A DNA stretch of 64,000 bases from Rebecca billardiae RCC1528 (GCA_965240325.2 OZ251226.1:3410001-3474000), one strand, 5' to 3'. Shown: positions 10,971 through 24,201, counted from the stretch's first letter. A program made the numbers and translations. The notes: a model not told the origin generated them from the sequence alone.

Positions 10971-11963
10971 GGCCTCTTCCTGCATGGTCTGGCTGAAGAC
11001 AAAGACTTGATTGACCGCCTGGCAGCAGGCACACGCTCGACGGTGCGCAGCCCTCCGCCGTCCATCGACGCCGTAGCGGTCCCGCTAGGCTGATCTGCGC
11101 GTCGCCGGCAAAAGCGTGCGTAGCACGCGCTCCATCGCAGGGCACCACCCGTCATTATGACGCGCCGCCGCCATTGCTGCGCAGCCAGTCGCGCCCGCAT
11201 CCGCGCCGCGAGTCCGAGATTATTATTCGGTCACGCGGCACGGCGCGCGCACGCGCGCAGCGGCGACAGCGCCATGTACCTATTGTACGTATCATATAGC
11301 ACTACTCCTATGCTCCTCGGCGTGGTCGGCATCATCATATGCAGCGGCTCAATGGCATTAGACGCCGCAGAGTTATTAGATCGAGTCAATACAGTATATA
11401 TAAGTGTTCGCGCAGTCTATTGATCGGAGCAGGTTTGCAGAAGTAGCCTACTGCTAGCCTAGTGCCTAGCTACCGTGCCGCTCGCAGGGACCGGTTACAG
11501 CGGGCCGCGGGTAGCGCAGGGCCGCGATCCGAACTTCTAACTATAGCAGGCATCATCACTGATGACACTAGCTGTGTCACAGACACATCAGTAGCACGGC
11601 GCGCAAAACTATTAGCAGCGCTGCCGCCAGCCCGAAGCCGCAGGCTGCTCGGTCGGCATGCATCACTCGGTCACGGCATCAGCAGTAGTCGTAGTGGCGG
11701 CTGCATCACCGCAGCATCATCAGCTAGCATTGGCGCGCGTCTCCGACGCCGATCGGCTGCACGAATCTTGTATATATCTAGCACCAGCGCAGCAGTGGTC
11801 TAACTCAGTGGTAGATAGTGACGATTGCGGCGATCGTTAGCGCGCGGCTTTCGATCATCTACTGATGCCGGCGGCCTAGTTCTGAAATTGGCGCATCATC
11901 ATCTAAGATCGATCGATGACAACGCGACGACTCTGCTGGTATATCGTAGACCTATCAACGCGA

Positions 11964-11998
<35 letters not shown>

Positions 11999-12871
11999 CT
12001 ACGACCTCTTCTGACTCTGACGCCTGCCCGTTGCATACCACGTCGTTAATATACTACGACCGACTACGTCTACGACCGGGACCGCTCAGCATGCGCGCTG
12101 CGCTAAGCAGTGCCATCGATCTGCTACTCCGTCCCGCGCGGTGACCGTCCTCGTTGCATGGCGCTGTCGTCGTCAGTACTGCTCGTCGTCGGTCATGCAG
12201 ACGCATAGCTGTCACATACTAGTGACACTGCAGTAGCCAAATTTTATTAATGACACGATGAAATTGCGCTGATGACGATGCTGATGATGACGCGATGATG
12301 ATATATATATCGACGATGATGATGATGATGATGACGACGATGCCGACGATGATATATGCCGCGAGTCAATGATGCGCAGACCGGACGCGCGCGCAATCGG
12401 TGATGATGTGCTGTGATATTCGGCGGAGTGAAGCGTGCTGCCGGCCGGCGGCCGGCCGACGCCAGCCTCGTCAAAGTCCGCCCAATGCATCCGCCGCCAG
12501 CTGCCGATGTAGCGCGCGCACTAGTCATCGCGTCAGATCTGCTACGACGATATCGAAGCCTGCTGCATGCGCCTCTCTCTCTATATGCATGTAGCAGTAT
12601 GTGTGTGTATATATATATGTATTGTTACCAGCGCGCTGCTGCTGCTGCTCCTGCTGGAGCGGAGCAGCCATGGTCGGGCGTGCCATGCGCGCGCGTCTAC
12701 TGAGGTCACAGGCGCCAGCTCGGGGAATCCGTAGCCTGACACGGCGGAGAGAACTCAGCCGATCGTCGTCGTCCGCCGCCGCCGCCGAGTGACGACTGAG
12801 CCGAGCTCATCGACGTCGTCCACCGCCGAGGCCCAAGGTGCCAATCAGCCATCATCGCAGATGCGCGCTCG

Positions 12872-15215
12872 TTAGGCGTACGTGGAGCGCGCGTCGAGGG
12901 GCGGCGCGGCCGGCTGGCGGGGTTGCTGCGGCGGCAGCAGCGCGCCGCCACTGCTGCCGCCCTGCGGTGCGTGGTAGGCGAGGCGGCGCGCGGCCGGCGC
13001 CTCGGGCTGTGACGGCCGGAGCGGCGGGCCATGCCGCCCGCCGCGCGCGCGGTGCTTGCGTCGCCCGGCGTGCGCAGCGGGCAGCTCGCTAGGACGCTCG
13101 AGCGGGCCACGGCCGCGATCGCGACCGCCGCCGCCGCCGCCGTCCGCGCGCGCGCTGCCCGCCCACGCCCACGCGGCGGGCGGCGCAGGCGGCGTGACCA
13201 GTGCGAGCCTGCTCGGCTGCGGCCGCCGCGCGCCGTCCGCCGCCGCCTCGGCCGCACCCCAGCGCCGCTCCGCCGCCTCGGCGTAGGAGAGCTCCGCGCG
13301 GAACGCACCCAGGCTGCGGCGCGCGCTGCCGCCGGGCAGGCCCGCGGCGGCGGCGATGGGGCTCGTGCCCGGCCGCGCGGCCGCGGGCGGCGCGCGCGCG
13401 CCCGACGGCGCCGTGGCCGCGCGCTCGGCCGGCGGCGCGCACATCGGCGCGAGCGCACAGGCGGCGGGCGCGCGCTCGGCGGGCGCCGCGCCGCGCGCGG
13501 CCGCGGCCGCGGGCGCTTGCGTTGGCGGCTCTGCCGGCGGCGCGGCCCACCCGGCGTCCGCGCGCGCCGGCGTCGCCGGCGGTGTGCCGTCCGGCGGCGC
13601 GGCCGAGCCGCCGCCCGCGCCCGCGCGCGGCGAGGCGCTGCGGCTGCGGCTGCGGCTGCGGCTGCGGCTGCGGCTGCGCCGCGCCTCGCGGCGGTGCGCG
13701 CCGCGGATGGTGGCGGCGCGCGGCTTGAGCTCGAGCGGCAGCGGTGGCTCTGACGGCACAAAGAGACCGCCGCCCGCGCCGAGCGCGAGCACACCGGCGC
13801 GCTCGGCCCAGCGGTAGCCGCGCGCGTCGCGCGCGAGCTGCTCCTCGGAGGCGATGTGCCGCAGCGGGCGCGCGGCGGCGCCGCCGCGCCAGTGCCGCTC
13901 CGACGCGGGGAGGCGCGCGGCGCGGCTCGGCTCGGGCGCGGCGGCCGGCGGCAGCCGCGGCGCGGCGCGGCGCAGCGACGCGGGCGAGCGCGAGCGCTCG
14001 CGCGCGGCCGCGCGCGCGCGCGCGGCCGCCTCCGCCTCCGCCTGCGCGGCGGCGCGCGCGTCCTCGCGCGGCGCGCGCGTCGGCGGCGCGTGCAGCCTGT
14101 GCGGCCTCGGCGCCGCGGCCATCGCCTGCGCGATCACCACGTCCACGCGCCCGCGCACCCACGCGCGCGTCCGCGCCGCCGCGTGCGCGAGCAGCTCCTC
14201 CGCGCGGCCCCGCAGCAGCTGGTGCAGGTCGCGGGTGGAGATGCTGAGCACGTCGAGCGCGCTCTGCGCGACGAGGCGCCACGGCGAGTCGCACAGCGCC
14301 GCCACCGTCGCGGGCGCGACGAGGTGCCCCGAGGAGAACAGACCCACCGAGATCCACGCGGGCGCGGGCGGCGGCGGGTCTCGTGTCTCGCGCACCGCCG
14401 CCCACGGCCGCTCCTTGGGGCGGCGCCACTGGTCGGCGGCCGCGCGCACCGCCGCGTCGTGCTTGGCGCGCGCGCGCGCGAACGCCTCGGCGCCGTCGAG
14501 CTCGAGCCGCACCGCGCCGCGCCGCACGAGCAGCGCGCGCGCCGGCCGCGCCTCCGCCGCCGAGCCCACCACCTCGCGCAGCGACACGCGCGCGGCCTCG
14601 AACAGCGGCGCGATGCGCAGCATCTCGAGCTCGGCCTCGGCGACGTAGCGCTGCTGGGACGTGGCGGCGTCGGCGGCGGTGCGCGCCGCCGCCATCGCGC
14701 CCGTGCCGATCGGCTCGGTGCCGGCGAGGAACGCCGCGCACTCGGCGTGCTCCTCGACGAACGCCGCCGCGCCGCCGTGCGCCAGAAACGCATGCCTCGG
14801 GATGCCGACCACCTCTGCGGCCGGGGAGAGCGCGCGCGCCACGCAGTCCATCGGCTCGCCGAGGGTGGCGGGGAGCTCGCCGATGGCGTCGCCCGGGCGC
14901 TTGAGGCGCTCGAAGGGCACCTCGCGCCAGCCGAGCACGGGCGCGTGCGCGCCGCCGCCCGCGCCGCTCGAGGCGGTGCGCTGCGCCGCGCCGCCCGACT
15001 GCACGGACGAGGTGCGCTGCGGCGGCGAGCGCGCGCGCTCGGCGGCGGCGGCGCCGCCGTCCGCGTCCGCGTCCGCGCCGGCCGCGGGCTGCAGCTGCGA
15101 CGAGGTGGAGACGAGCCGGCGCAGCTCGACGGCGCTCGCACGCCGGGTGCCGCCGCCGCCGCCGCCGCCGGCCGAGGTCGGGCGCGCGTCGGCCGCGCCG
15201 CCGTCGGCTGTCGCG

Positions 15216-15266
<51 letters not shown>

Positions 15267-16780
15267 GCGCCGCCGTCCTGCGCGTCCTGCGCGTCGTACG
15301 AGCTGCCCGCCGGGCCGAACCGGCCGGACGCGTGCACGGCCACGTACCGCGTCACGCCCACCTCGCCCGAGAGCACCACCAGCACCTCGTTGGCGCTGAA
15401 GCGCGGCGGCGCGCGCTGCGAGCCGAGCGCGCGCAAAGGGTCGGCGCCCGCGCCCGCGCCGCCCGCGGTGCGCGAGGGCGGCGCGCACAGCCGCGCGCCG
15501 CGCTCGACCTCGGCGTACGTCAGCCCGCGGCACAGCTCGCGCCGCGCGCCCGCCTCCAGCCGCTCGAAGAAGCGCAGCCCCGCCACCCTCGCCTCGAGCG
15601 CGGCCACGTCCGCATCCGTGCGATGCGCGCGCGGCTTGGTGCACGCGGCCTGGAAGTGCGCGACGACGCGGGCGTGCTCGAGCGTGCGCTCGTCGAGGGC
15701 GAGGAAGTCGGCCTTCTGCAGCACGAGGAGCTCGGCGCCGCCGTCGGGCAGCGAGGTGTACGCCGGCTCCGACGCGGCCGCGGCGGCGCCGCCCCGGGCG
15801 CTGCGCTGCCGGCCGCCGCCCGCGCGCGACGCGGCGCGCGCGACGTCGCGCAGGTTGCCGCCAAACGCCGCGGCGTCCTCGGCGTCCTCGTCGCGCGGCG
15901 CGCGCGCGCCGAGGACGGAGGCGTTGCGCACGAGCCCGTCCTCGAGCAGCGCCGCCTCGCCCACCAGCGCGCCCTGCTGCCGCACCGCCACCTGCCGCTG
16001 CCCCGCGCGCGCGCTCACGCCGCCCGCGCCCGCCAGGCTCTGCCGCACGAGCTCCCAGCGCGCGCGCGCGAGGTGCGCGGCGGAGGTGCCGCGCAGCGCG
16101 GGCGGCGGGCGGTGGTGCGCGTGGATGAGCACGTCCACCGCCCCCGCCTGCACGAAGAAGCAAAAGTCCGCCTCCGCGCCCTGCCGGAACAGCACCTCGT
16201 CCGCGCGCAGCCGGCGGCGCTGCAGCAGCTCGGCCACGCGCACGAGCGGCGGCCGCGGCCAGCGGCGGAAGATGTCGGCGGCGCGGAGGAGCGCGACGCG
16301 CGCCTCGATCGCGCGCGCGTACGACGCCGAGAGCGCGAGCTGCGCGCCGCCGCGCGGCAGCCGCAGCAGCCACGCGCCGCGCCCGTCCGCGCGCGCGTCA
16401 AAGCCGTAGGTCGCCGAGTGCTCCACCACCTGCAGCAGGCCGCACATGCCGCCGGCGGGGACGGCGCGCGTGCGCTGCGCCGGGGCGGCGTCGGAGACAT
16501 CCGCCGTGATCCGCGGCTCGGTCAGCACCAGCGCGCCCTCCACCACCGCGAACACCGCGTCGGGGAACGCGTCGGCCGCGACGACCGGCTCGGCGGGCGC
16601 CGCCCACACGCACCGCGCCTGCGCGAGCGCGCGGTCGAGCGCCTCGTCGTCGTCGCAGTGCGCGCCGACGCGCTTGAGCGCGCGGAACGCGTCGCGCGCC
16701 GCGCCGCGCTGCTCCGCCGAGCGCTCCGCCGCGGGCACGTCGAGGAGCGCCACGAGCGCGGGGAGCGGCGGGTCGGCCAT
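12872..16780 (-). CDS. Multi cyclic-nucleotide-binding (cNMP) domain protein
   Basis: EVLFRQGAEADFCFFVQAGAVDV and GEAALLEDGLVRNASV (phosphate-binding cassette); further degenerate cNMP repeats; ATG at 16780 (MADPPL). Confidence 0.8.
15218..15265 (-). repeat. (CAG)16 poly-Gln tract in the cNMP protein
   Basis: Perfect (CTG)n on + strand. Confidence 0.9.
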
Positions 16781-17936
16781 GACTTGCGGCCGGCCGCCAC
16801 ACGCCTCGACGCACGGTCCGACCTTGTTTTCATTCAGCGCACAATGTAACGACATTCCCGCTTCGCCCGTGCAAGGGTGATAGGGGAAGCCGGACTGAGG
16901 ACTCCGACCAAAGGACTGCTCCGACGAGTCACTCAGCACAAACGTGCAACTCAGACTCAGTGGGACACGTCGGAACGATAAGCCTGCTGTGTGTCGGTGA
17001 CAGTGCGCAGTGTGCCGCTCCGTACGCGTACCATGCATAGTCATTAGTCGTCGCGGCGAGTCGTCGTCGCCGACTCGCCGCCGTTGACGTTGTGAGGACG
17101 ACGACGTACTAAAGTACGGTCGTAGCCAGCAGACATAAGGCACAAGCTGAGTACGTATATTAACGCGTAGTTTATATATACGGCGCTAGTTAGTCGTATA
17201 TACTACGAGTCTTCAACTGTGTATTCGTCAAGCCTCGCGCGTATATGTTACACACACGGGCACACACACACACACAGCACACACGTACACACTGACGACT
17301 GACGGTGTTACTACGACGACATATATATCAGTCAACTACGACGTTCGTCGCGCGTATAAGCTATATATGTGTGTATAGTGACTATATAGCAGATTGTCAC
17401 GGGCATCGGAGAGTGAGACCGTCGGAGCAGACCGTACTCCGCGCGTAGTCCGTACTAAGCCCGACACTGGCCACTGACCGGAGTGACGCGGGCCACTCAC
17501 ACTGATCATGATATGGCATCCGACACAGATCACTCTGCTGCGCTACTGCTAGACTGGCGACAGCGGGACGAACATCACTGCTGCTGTTAGTCACTCAGTC
17601 AGACTATCGCGTCGTCATAATAATATATATATATATCGTCACTCACATGCACGCGCTGATTTGTGCAGCTTGAGCTAGACCGTGGAGCGCCGCATCGGCG
17701 CGGCCTGGCGCGGGCCTCGCCTCCACGGGGCGTATGTTCTGGCCGCACTCTGACACGCATCGATGGTGCTGCGGGGCGCGCAGCCTTCGTCATCCGGTGC
17801 CAAACGCGGATGGTGATCAGACTAGACTGTTGGCGGTGTGAGGAGTGCTCGGGCCGCGGGCTGCCCGAGCGCGCGTGTGTGCGGTGTGGGTCGCGGCGTG
17901 CTGCCACCGGCTCGTGCGACCGAGGGGCTCGAGCGC

Positions 17937-19244
17937 CTAGCGGGAAGCAATCGGCCGCCGGATGTGGCCGTTGAGGAAGCGGCTGATCCCGGCAAGCGGC
18001 GAGGCCGACGGCATGAGCACGCCGCTGAGGATCGCCGGGTCGGCATCCGCGCGCTTGCGCAGCGTCGTGAGCTGCGCCGCGACGCGCGCCATCGACGGCC
18101 GCTCCAACTCATCGTCCGCCCAGCAGTGCGAGACGAGCAGCCGCAGATCGGACGGCCACGCGTCGGGCACGGGGGGGCGCAGCCCCTTGTGCGCCACGTA
18201 CTCCGCCACCTGCTCCCCGGTGAAGTGCAGCTGCGAGTACGCGCGGCGCGCGCTGAGCACCTCCCACGCGATCACGCCGTACGAGAAGACGTCCACGCGC
18301 GCCGTGTACGCCTCCCCGCGCCAGTTCTCGGGGGCCATGAAGCGCGAGGAGCCCGTGCGGCCCGTCACGATGGCGTGCCGGATGTCGCGCGCGCCGAGGG
18401 CGAGGGGCGGGCGCGCGGGCTCGGCGGAGAAGATCGACAGCGACGGCGCCGACGCCGATTGCGACAGCATCGGCGGCTGCGGCCCGGCCGCGCCGAGTGG
18501 CAGCAGCCGCGACAGCCCAAAGTCCGCCAGCCGCACGCGGCCCGCGCCGTCGAGGAGCACGTTCTCGGGCTTGAGGTCACGGTGCGCGATGGCGAAGCCG
18601 GTGCCACCATGGATGTACTCGAGCGCGCGCGCGAGCTCGGTGAGCCAGCCCAGCGCCTCGGCGCTCGTGTACCCCTTGCCCTTGCGCACGCGCTCGGCGA
18701 GCGTGCCGCCCGCGCAGTACTCGAGCACGAGCGCGCCGCGCCCGTCGAGGACGTAGCAGCCGTGCGCGGCGATGACGGTCGGGTGGTCGAGCGCGCGCAG
18801 GAGCGCGGCCTCCGCGAAGAAGTTCGACACCTCGTGCTCCGGCAGCGCGATGCGCTCGCGCTCGGACGTGGCGAGCGGGCCCGGGTCGGCGACGATGTGC
18901 GTCTTCAGCCACTTGACCGCGACGAGCGCGCCGCCGCCGGGGCCGCGCGGCGCGTCGGCGAGGCGCGGGCCGAAGCGCGCCGCCGCCTCGGACGAGATCT
19001 CGCACAGCTCCACCTCGGCGAAGCCGCCCTCGCCCAGCCAGCGCAGCGCGCGCAGCTCGGACGCGGCGAGCGGCGGCGAGCCCTCGAGCGCGAGCGCGCG
19101 CACCTTGGCGCGCACGGCGTCGGTGGTGGGGCTCGCGTCGCCCTGCGTGCGGAGGGCAGGCGAGTTGACGAGCGGCTCCAACGTGCGCAGTCGCTTCGTG
19201 GTTGGGCCCTTCGGGCTGGCGGTGGGCGTCGGCTGGGATGGCAT
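17937..19244 (-). CDS. Protein kinase (TKL/MAP3K-like)
   Basis: LGEGGFAEV, VAVK, HRDLKPEN, DFG, GSSRFMAPE, DVFSYGVIAWE, CW..RP; first ATG at 19244. Confidence 0.9.
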   Translation of the reverse strand: MPSQPTPTASPKGPTTKRLRTLEPLVNSPALRTQGDASPTTDAVRAKVRALALEGSPPLAASELRALRWLGEGGFAEVELCEISSEAAARFGPRLADAPRGPGGGALVAVKWLKTHIVADPGPLATSERERIALPEHEVSNFFAEAALLRALDHPTVIAAHGCYVLDGRGALVLEYCAGGTLAERVRKGKGYTSAEALGWLTELARALEYIHGGTGFAIAHRDLKPENVLLDGAGRVRLADFGLSRLLPLGAAGPQPPMLSQSASAPSLSIFSAEPARPPLALGARDIRHAIVTGRTGSSRFMAPENWRGEAYTARVDVFSYGVIAWEVLSARRAYSQLHFTGEQVAEYVAHKGLRPPVPDAWPSDLRLLVSHCWADDELERPSMARVAAQLTTLRKRADADPAILSGVLMPSASPLAGISRFLNGHIRRPIASR

Positions 19245-19434
19245 TGGTGGGGACCGCCCGTGAGCGCTTGCGGGGTCGTACGACGTCGTCGTTGATGGGG
19301 AGGCGGGTCTCCCGGGCGATTTCGTCGGATCCAAGGCGAGGATTCACGCGCGATTCCGCGTGCCGCGTGCAGGACTGCAGGCGATCGTGAGCAGCAGTTG
19401 GGCAAGATTCTTGGAATCGTTTAACAGTTTACTC

Positions 19435-19471
19435 AGAATTAAGAGACGCACACAGCTCAGGCAGGCGAGAT
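19435..19471. repeat. Copy of the dispersed ~40-bp repeat (ATCTCGCCTGCCTGAGCTGTGTGCGTCTCTTATTCTT family)
   Basis: AAGAGACGCACACAGCTCAGGCAGGCGAGAT is identical to the arm of the 21764-21848 palindrome. Confidence 0.9.
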
Positions 19472-19880
19472 TATGCTTCAAATAATACCCCCCTTGGAAT
19501 CACGTGGCCAGCTCCCCACTTTCAACAACTTGTTCAGGGCCAGCAGAAGTTGAAAGTGTGCGCATCATCACGGACAGTGGGGCAGATGCTTCCGGTTCAT
19601 TTAAATAGTTTTGCTGCGTCGTCATCAGAGCAGCGATGAGAGATGCGCGAACCACTTTTTAGTATGCTAATTTGCCGCCGCTTCTCGAAGCTCATTACAG
19701 CTATCATACGTCATAGGGCTACAATACCCTCATATTCGAGATTTCGAGCAGATCCAACTACCAAGGACTAGCAGCAAATAATGGATTCTGAGACGCTGAG
19801 TTCAGAGTTTCAAGTTGTGCGGTGGAAGCCCCCATCAAAACGCTTCGAGATGTGGTGAGGGAAATCATGATGTCTACCAT

Positions 19881-20946
19881 AGAGGAGGTTGGGTATCGAT
19901 CAACTCGTGCGCCCTCGCGGCGCAGCGGCTAAGTCTCCTGGGGCGCCGCCCTGGAGGGCGCGTGGGGTGCGCACGCCGCGTGCTCCTGCGCCCGCGGCAG
20001 CGGCCGCAGACACGGCGCGCGTGGTTGGTCGCATGCTAGACAGCACGTAGTACCCTCCCATGCCGCGCGCCGCGCTCGCCGGCGCCCTCGCCGTGCCTCA
20101 GGCCAGCCCGCGCCCGCGCGCCGCACCAAGAGCCAGCCGTGGCCACGCGCCAGCCGCCAGCGCGCGCGGTGCGCGGTGCGGTCGGCGCGGGGCGGGCGCG
20201 CGCCCGGGGCGAGGCTCGTGTACGATCGGCGCGCGCCATGCCGCCACACGTCGCCGAATACGAGCTTGATCACGTTCCACGCGGCTGCTGATGGGTGCTC
20301 GTCGAGCATTCCTCAGCCTACAGAAATGAGCTTGGACAAGCGGCTGTGAGCGCGTCAGTGCGAGGAATGCGACGACTTGGGGACTCTTGCGCCATCATAG
20401 GATGCCAATCGTTCACATATCAGTGGTCTGCGCATGTCTTCTATCGCGCTTCGCTGCCTTCCCGTGATCGTCTCAAGTCTCAACGTCATGAGCATTTTTT
20501 TTCAAACTTGGCAATGCACACTCGACAGCATGAAAACGCGTGCGCGCCGACCCATGCGGGCGCCAGCGTGGCGGCGCGTGGCGGCATGGCGCGCGCCGAT
20601 CGTACACGAGCCTCGCCCCGGGCGCGCGCCCGCCCCGCGCCGACCGCACCGCGCACCGCGCGCGCGCTGGCGGCTGGCGCGTGGCCACGGCTGGCTCTTG
20701 GTGCGGCGCGCGGGTGCGGGCTGGCCTGAGGCACGGCGAGGGCGCCGGCGAGCGCGGCGCGCGGCGTGGGAGGGTACTACATGCTGTCTAGCATGCGACC
20801 AACCACGCGCGCCGTGTCCGAGGCCGCTGCCGCGGGCGCAGGAGCACGCGGCGTGCGCACCCCACGCGCCCTCCAGGGCGGCGCCCCAGGAGACTTAGCC
20901 GCTGCGCCGCGAGGGCGCACGAGTTGATCGATACCCAACCTCCTCT
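19881..20946. repeat. Long inverted duplication/foldback: ~370-bp arms (19881-~20255 and ~20570-20946) around a ~315-bp spacer
   Basis: AGAGGAGGTTGGGTATCGATCAACTC.. matches the reverse complement ..GAGTTGATCGATACCCAACCTCCTCT. The ORF track shows near-identical peptides on opposite strands (19929..20309- vs 20434..20898+). Confidence 0.92.
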
Positions 20947-21763
20947 CACTCGCGCACTGGGAGTTCGCAGCCCTTACCGCCCTTCCTTGGACTTGCACAT
21001 GCCTTCTTGATGACACCGGCGGCCGCAGCTGATGACTACTACGCTGCCTACGCCTACCGTGCGTCCACTGGTCGCTGGAGATCTGACCTCACGAGAATCA
21101 TCTTGCCCGTGGGAGTACTTCGCTGAACAGGCGAACAGCTGGCGGTCCGTTTTTCACTCAGTTTTTGCCTGGCTGGCGTGACAACCGTCGCCGTCGAGAA
21201 GCCGAGTCGCACCCTCAGGCTCGTGGCAGTATCTGTCTGCAGACCGCAGCGCAGTCGCTGATGATGGCCCGCATTCAGGGCCGTGCGGGTGGACTCTCAA
21301 TATCTAGATTCTTCGAGTTCAGTCAATGTGCAACGTGCGGCAGTGCCCACGACTCGCGTGCGAGCTCGGAGCTGCGCTGCGGAGCAGCTGGCAGGACGGT
21401 CACACCCCAGCGCGGCGCATGCAGCGATCCTGGCGCGACGGAGGGCAACTTCCCTGGCTGGCGCTTGAGCAGGGAGTCACTCCTTTATTGCGCTGCTTGC
21501 ACTGCGCGCTGCGGTTCCGGTTCACCCTAATGGGGGGCGGTCCGTTGCGGCGTTTAGCGGTTAGCCAGCGCGGGTGTGACCCGTGGCCGTGTGGTGGGCC
21601 ACAGGTGACAGGTGTGTAGCTTCGGCGGTCTAGATCGTGAACGCTTGCGGCGTACAAGTACCACGTTTGGGTTTGGCTTGCCGTGTCGGGGACGACGAGC
21701 CCCAGAAGGACGTCGCGCGTGGACGGCCGACGGCCGTCAGCCTCGATTTGCCCGCGTAACGCT

Positions 21764-21848
21764 ATCTCGCCTGCCTGAGCTGTGTGCGTCTCTTATTCTT
21801 AGTAAACTACTAAGAATAAGAGACGCACACAGCTCAGGCAGGCGAGAT
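21764..21848. repeat. Perfect palindrome: 41-bp arms, 3-nt loop, made of two head-to-head copies of the dispersed repeat
   Basis: ATCTCGCCTGCCTGAGCTGTGTGCGTCTCTTATTCTTAGTA-AAC-TACTAAGAATAAGAGACGCACACAGCTCAGGCAGGCGAGAT. Confidence 0.95.
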
Positions 21849-22015
21849 CAGTGCCAGCACTAGCATGGGGGTACCACCGCCCTTGGGCGTACAAAGAGTT
21901 GTAGACAGTACAAAACTACAAATGTACAATCGAGGCCGTCCCCGTCAAAAAGGGGGTGGGTCTCCAGGCTGAGGCAGGAGCAGCCCGTCGCCACTTGCGG
22001 CTGTCCTCCATAGCG

Positions 22016-24201
22016 ATGGGCGGCACGTGCCTTGTGCTCGCCGTCGCCGCGGCGACGGCCGCGGCGGTGCAGGGCGGCGCGGCGGCGGGCGCGGCGCGCG
22101 CGGGCGCCCCGACGGTGGTCGTCATCGGCGGCGGGCACGCCGGCACCGAGGCCGTCGCGGCCGCCGCTCGCTGCGGCGCGCGCGCGCTGCTGGTGACGCA
22201 GCGGCTGGACACGATCGGCGAGATGTCGTGCAACCCGAGCATCGGCGGGATCGGCAAGGGGCACCTGGTGCGCGAGGTGGACGCGCTGGACGGGCTGATG
22301 GGCCGCCTCATCGACCAGGCCGGCATCCACTTCCGCATGCTCAACGAGCGCAAGGGGCCGGCGGTGCGCGGGCCGCGCGCGCAGGCGGACCGTGACATCT
22401 ACCGCGAGGCGACGCAGGCGGCGCTCGCGGCGTACGACGGCGTCGAGCTGGTCGAGGGGTCGGTGGACGAGATCCTCTTCGACGAGCTCGCGCGCGGCCC
22501 CGCGCCCGTCGTGCGCGGCGTGCGCCTCGCCGACGGCGCCGAGCTGCGCGCGGACGCGGTCGTGCTCACGGCCGGCACCTTTCTGCGCGGCGTCGTGCAC
22601 GTGGGCTCAGACTCGCAGCCGGCGGGGCGGTACGTGTGCTCGGAGGCGCGCGAGGTGGAGCCGCCGGCGGGCGCGCTGGCGGAGTCGCTCGCGCGGCTCC
22701 ACCTGCCCCTCGCCCGGCTCAAGACGGGCACGCCCCCGCGGCTCGACGGCCGCACGATCGAGTGGGGCGCGCTCGAGCCGCAGCCGTCCGCCGCGCCGCC
22801 GGAGCCGTTTTCGTTTGTGGCGCGCGCGCGCGGCGAGCCGGTGGCGCTGGTGGACTCGCTGGTCGAGTGCTACCGCACGGCGACGAACGCGCGGACGCAC
22901 GAGATCGTCCGCGCGCACGCGCACGAGCTCCCGCGGTACGAGGGCCCCGGCCCGCGCTACTGCCCCTCGCTCGCCGCCAAGGTGGAGCGCTTTGCAGCGC
23001 GGCAGAGCCACGGCGTGTGGCTCGAGCCTGAGGGGCTGCGCAGCCACCTCGTCTACCCGAACGGCCTCTCGTCCGCGTTCCCGGAGGACGTGCAGGAGCG
23101 CGTGATCCGCTCGATCGCCGGTGCGCGCGCGCGCGCGCGCGCGCGCCGCGCGCCCAGCCGCCCCGGCGCCCCGGGTTGCGCTGCGCCGCCCCGCGCATCA
23201 CGCGCGCCGCGCCCGAGCGCGCTTGCGCTTGCGCTTGCGCTTGCGCAGGGCTGGAGCGCGCGGAGATTGTGCGCCCAGCGTACGACGTCGAGTACGACTA
23301 TGTCGACCCGCGCGCCGTGCGGCACTCGCTGGGCGCGCGCGCCGCGGCCGGGCTGTACCTCGCCGGGCAGGTGCTCGGCACGACGGGGTACGAGGAGGCC
23401 GCCGCGCTCGGCCTGCTCGCGGGTGCCAACGCCGCGCTCTGTGCGCTCGGACGGCCTCCGCTCGTCCTCTCGCGCGCGGACGGGTACGCGGGCGTGCTCG
23501 TGGACGACCTGGTGGGCGCGGGCACGTCCGAGCCGTACCGCATGTTCACCTCGCGCGCGGAGTACCGGCTCGCGCTGCGCGCGGACAACGCCGACCTCCG
23601 CCTCACCGAGCTGGGCGCGGCCGCGGGCGTCGTGGTCGACGCAGAGCGACTCGAGCTCGCGCGGCGCAAGGCGCGCGGCGCGGCCGAGGCGGGCGCCGCG
23701 CTCGCGCGCACGCGGCTGCCCGCGGCGGCGTGGGCGGCGGCGGGCGTGGGGCTCAAGCCTGACGGCGCCCCGCGCACCGGCGCGGAGGTGCTCGCCATGC
23801 CCGACTCGACGCTCGAGCGCGTCGAGGCTGTGCTCGTGCAGCAGGGCGCGCTGCCCGCGCACGGCATCGAGCCGCTCGCGCGCGAGGAGGTTGCGATCTC
23901 GGGCAAGTATGCAAACTACCTGCAGAGGCAGAGGGACGAGGTGGAGCGGTGGCGCGCGCACGAGGGCACGCCTATCCCGGCCGACCTCGACTACGCCGCC
24001 CTCCCCTCGCTCTCCGCCGAGGAGGTCGAGAAGCTCAGCGCCGAGCGGCCGCCCACGATCGGCGCCGCGGGGCGCATCGCCGGCGTCACGCCCAACTCGG
24101 TCACGTACCTGCTCGCACACCTGCGCACGAGGGGGCGGCGCTCGGCGCGCGCGCCCGGTGGCGCGGCGCTCGAGCGGCCACGCGCCTCGCCGCCGCCCTG
24201 A
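22016..24201 (+). CDS. mnmG: tRNA uridine-34 modification enzyme MnmG/GidA (MTO1), organellar; intron 23121-23248
   Basis: [76 protein letters not shown]; splice gives SIAG|[11 protein letters not shown]. Confidence 0.95.

Noticed and set aside
11000-12870. Genes or structured RNA in the long intergenic stretch
   Set aside because: Only short ORFs and simple repeats ((CT)n, (TA)n, (GAT)n); no tRNA, rRNA or snRNA signature recognised
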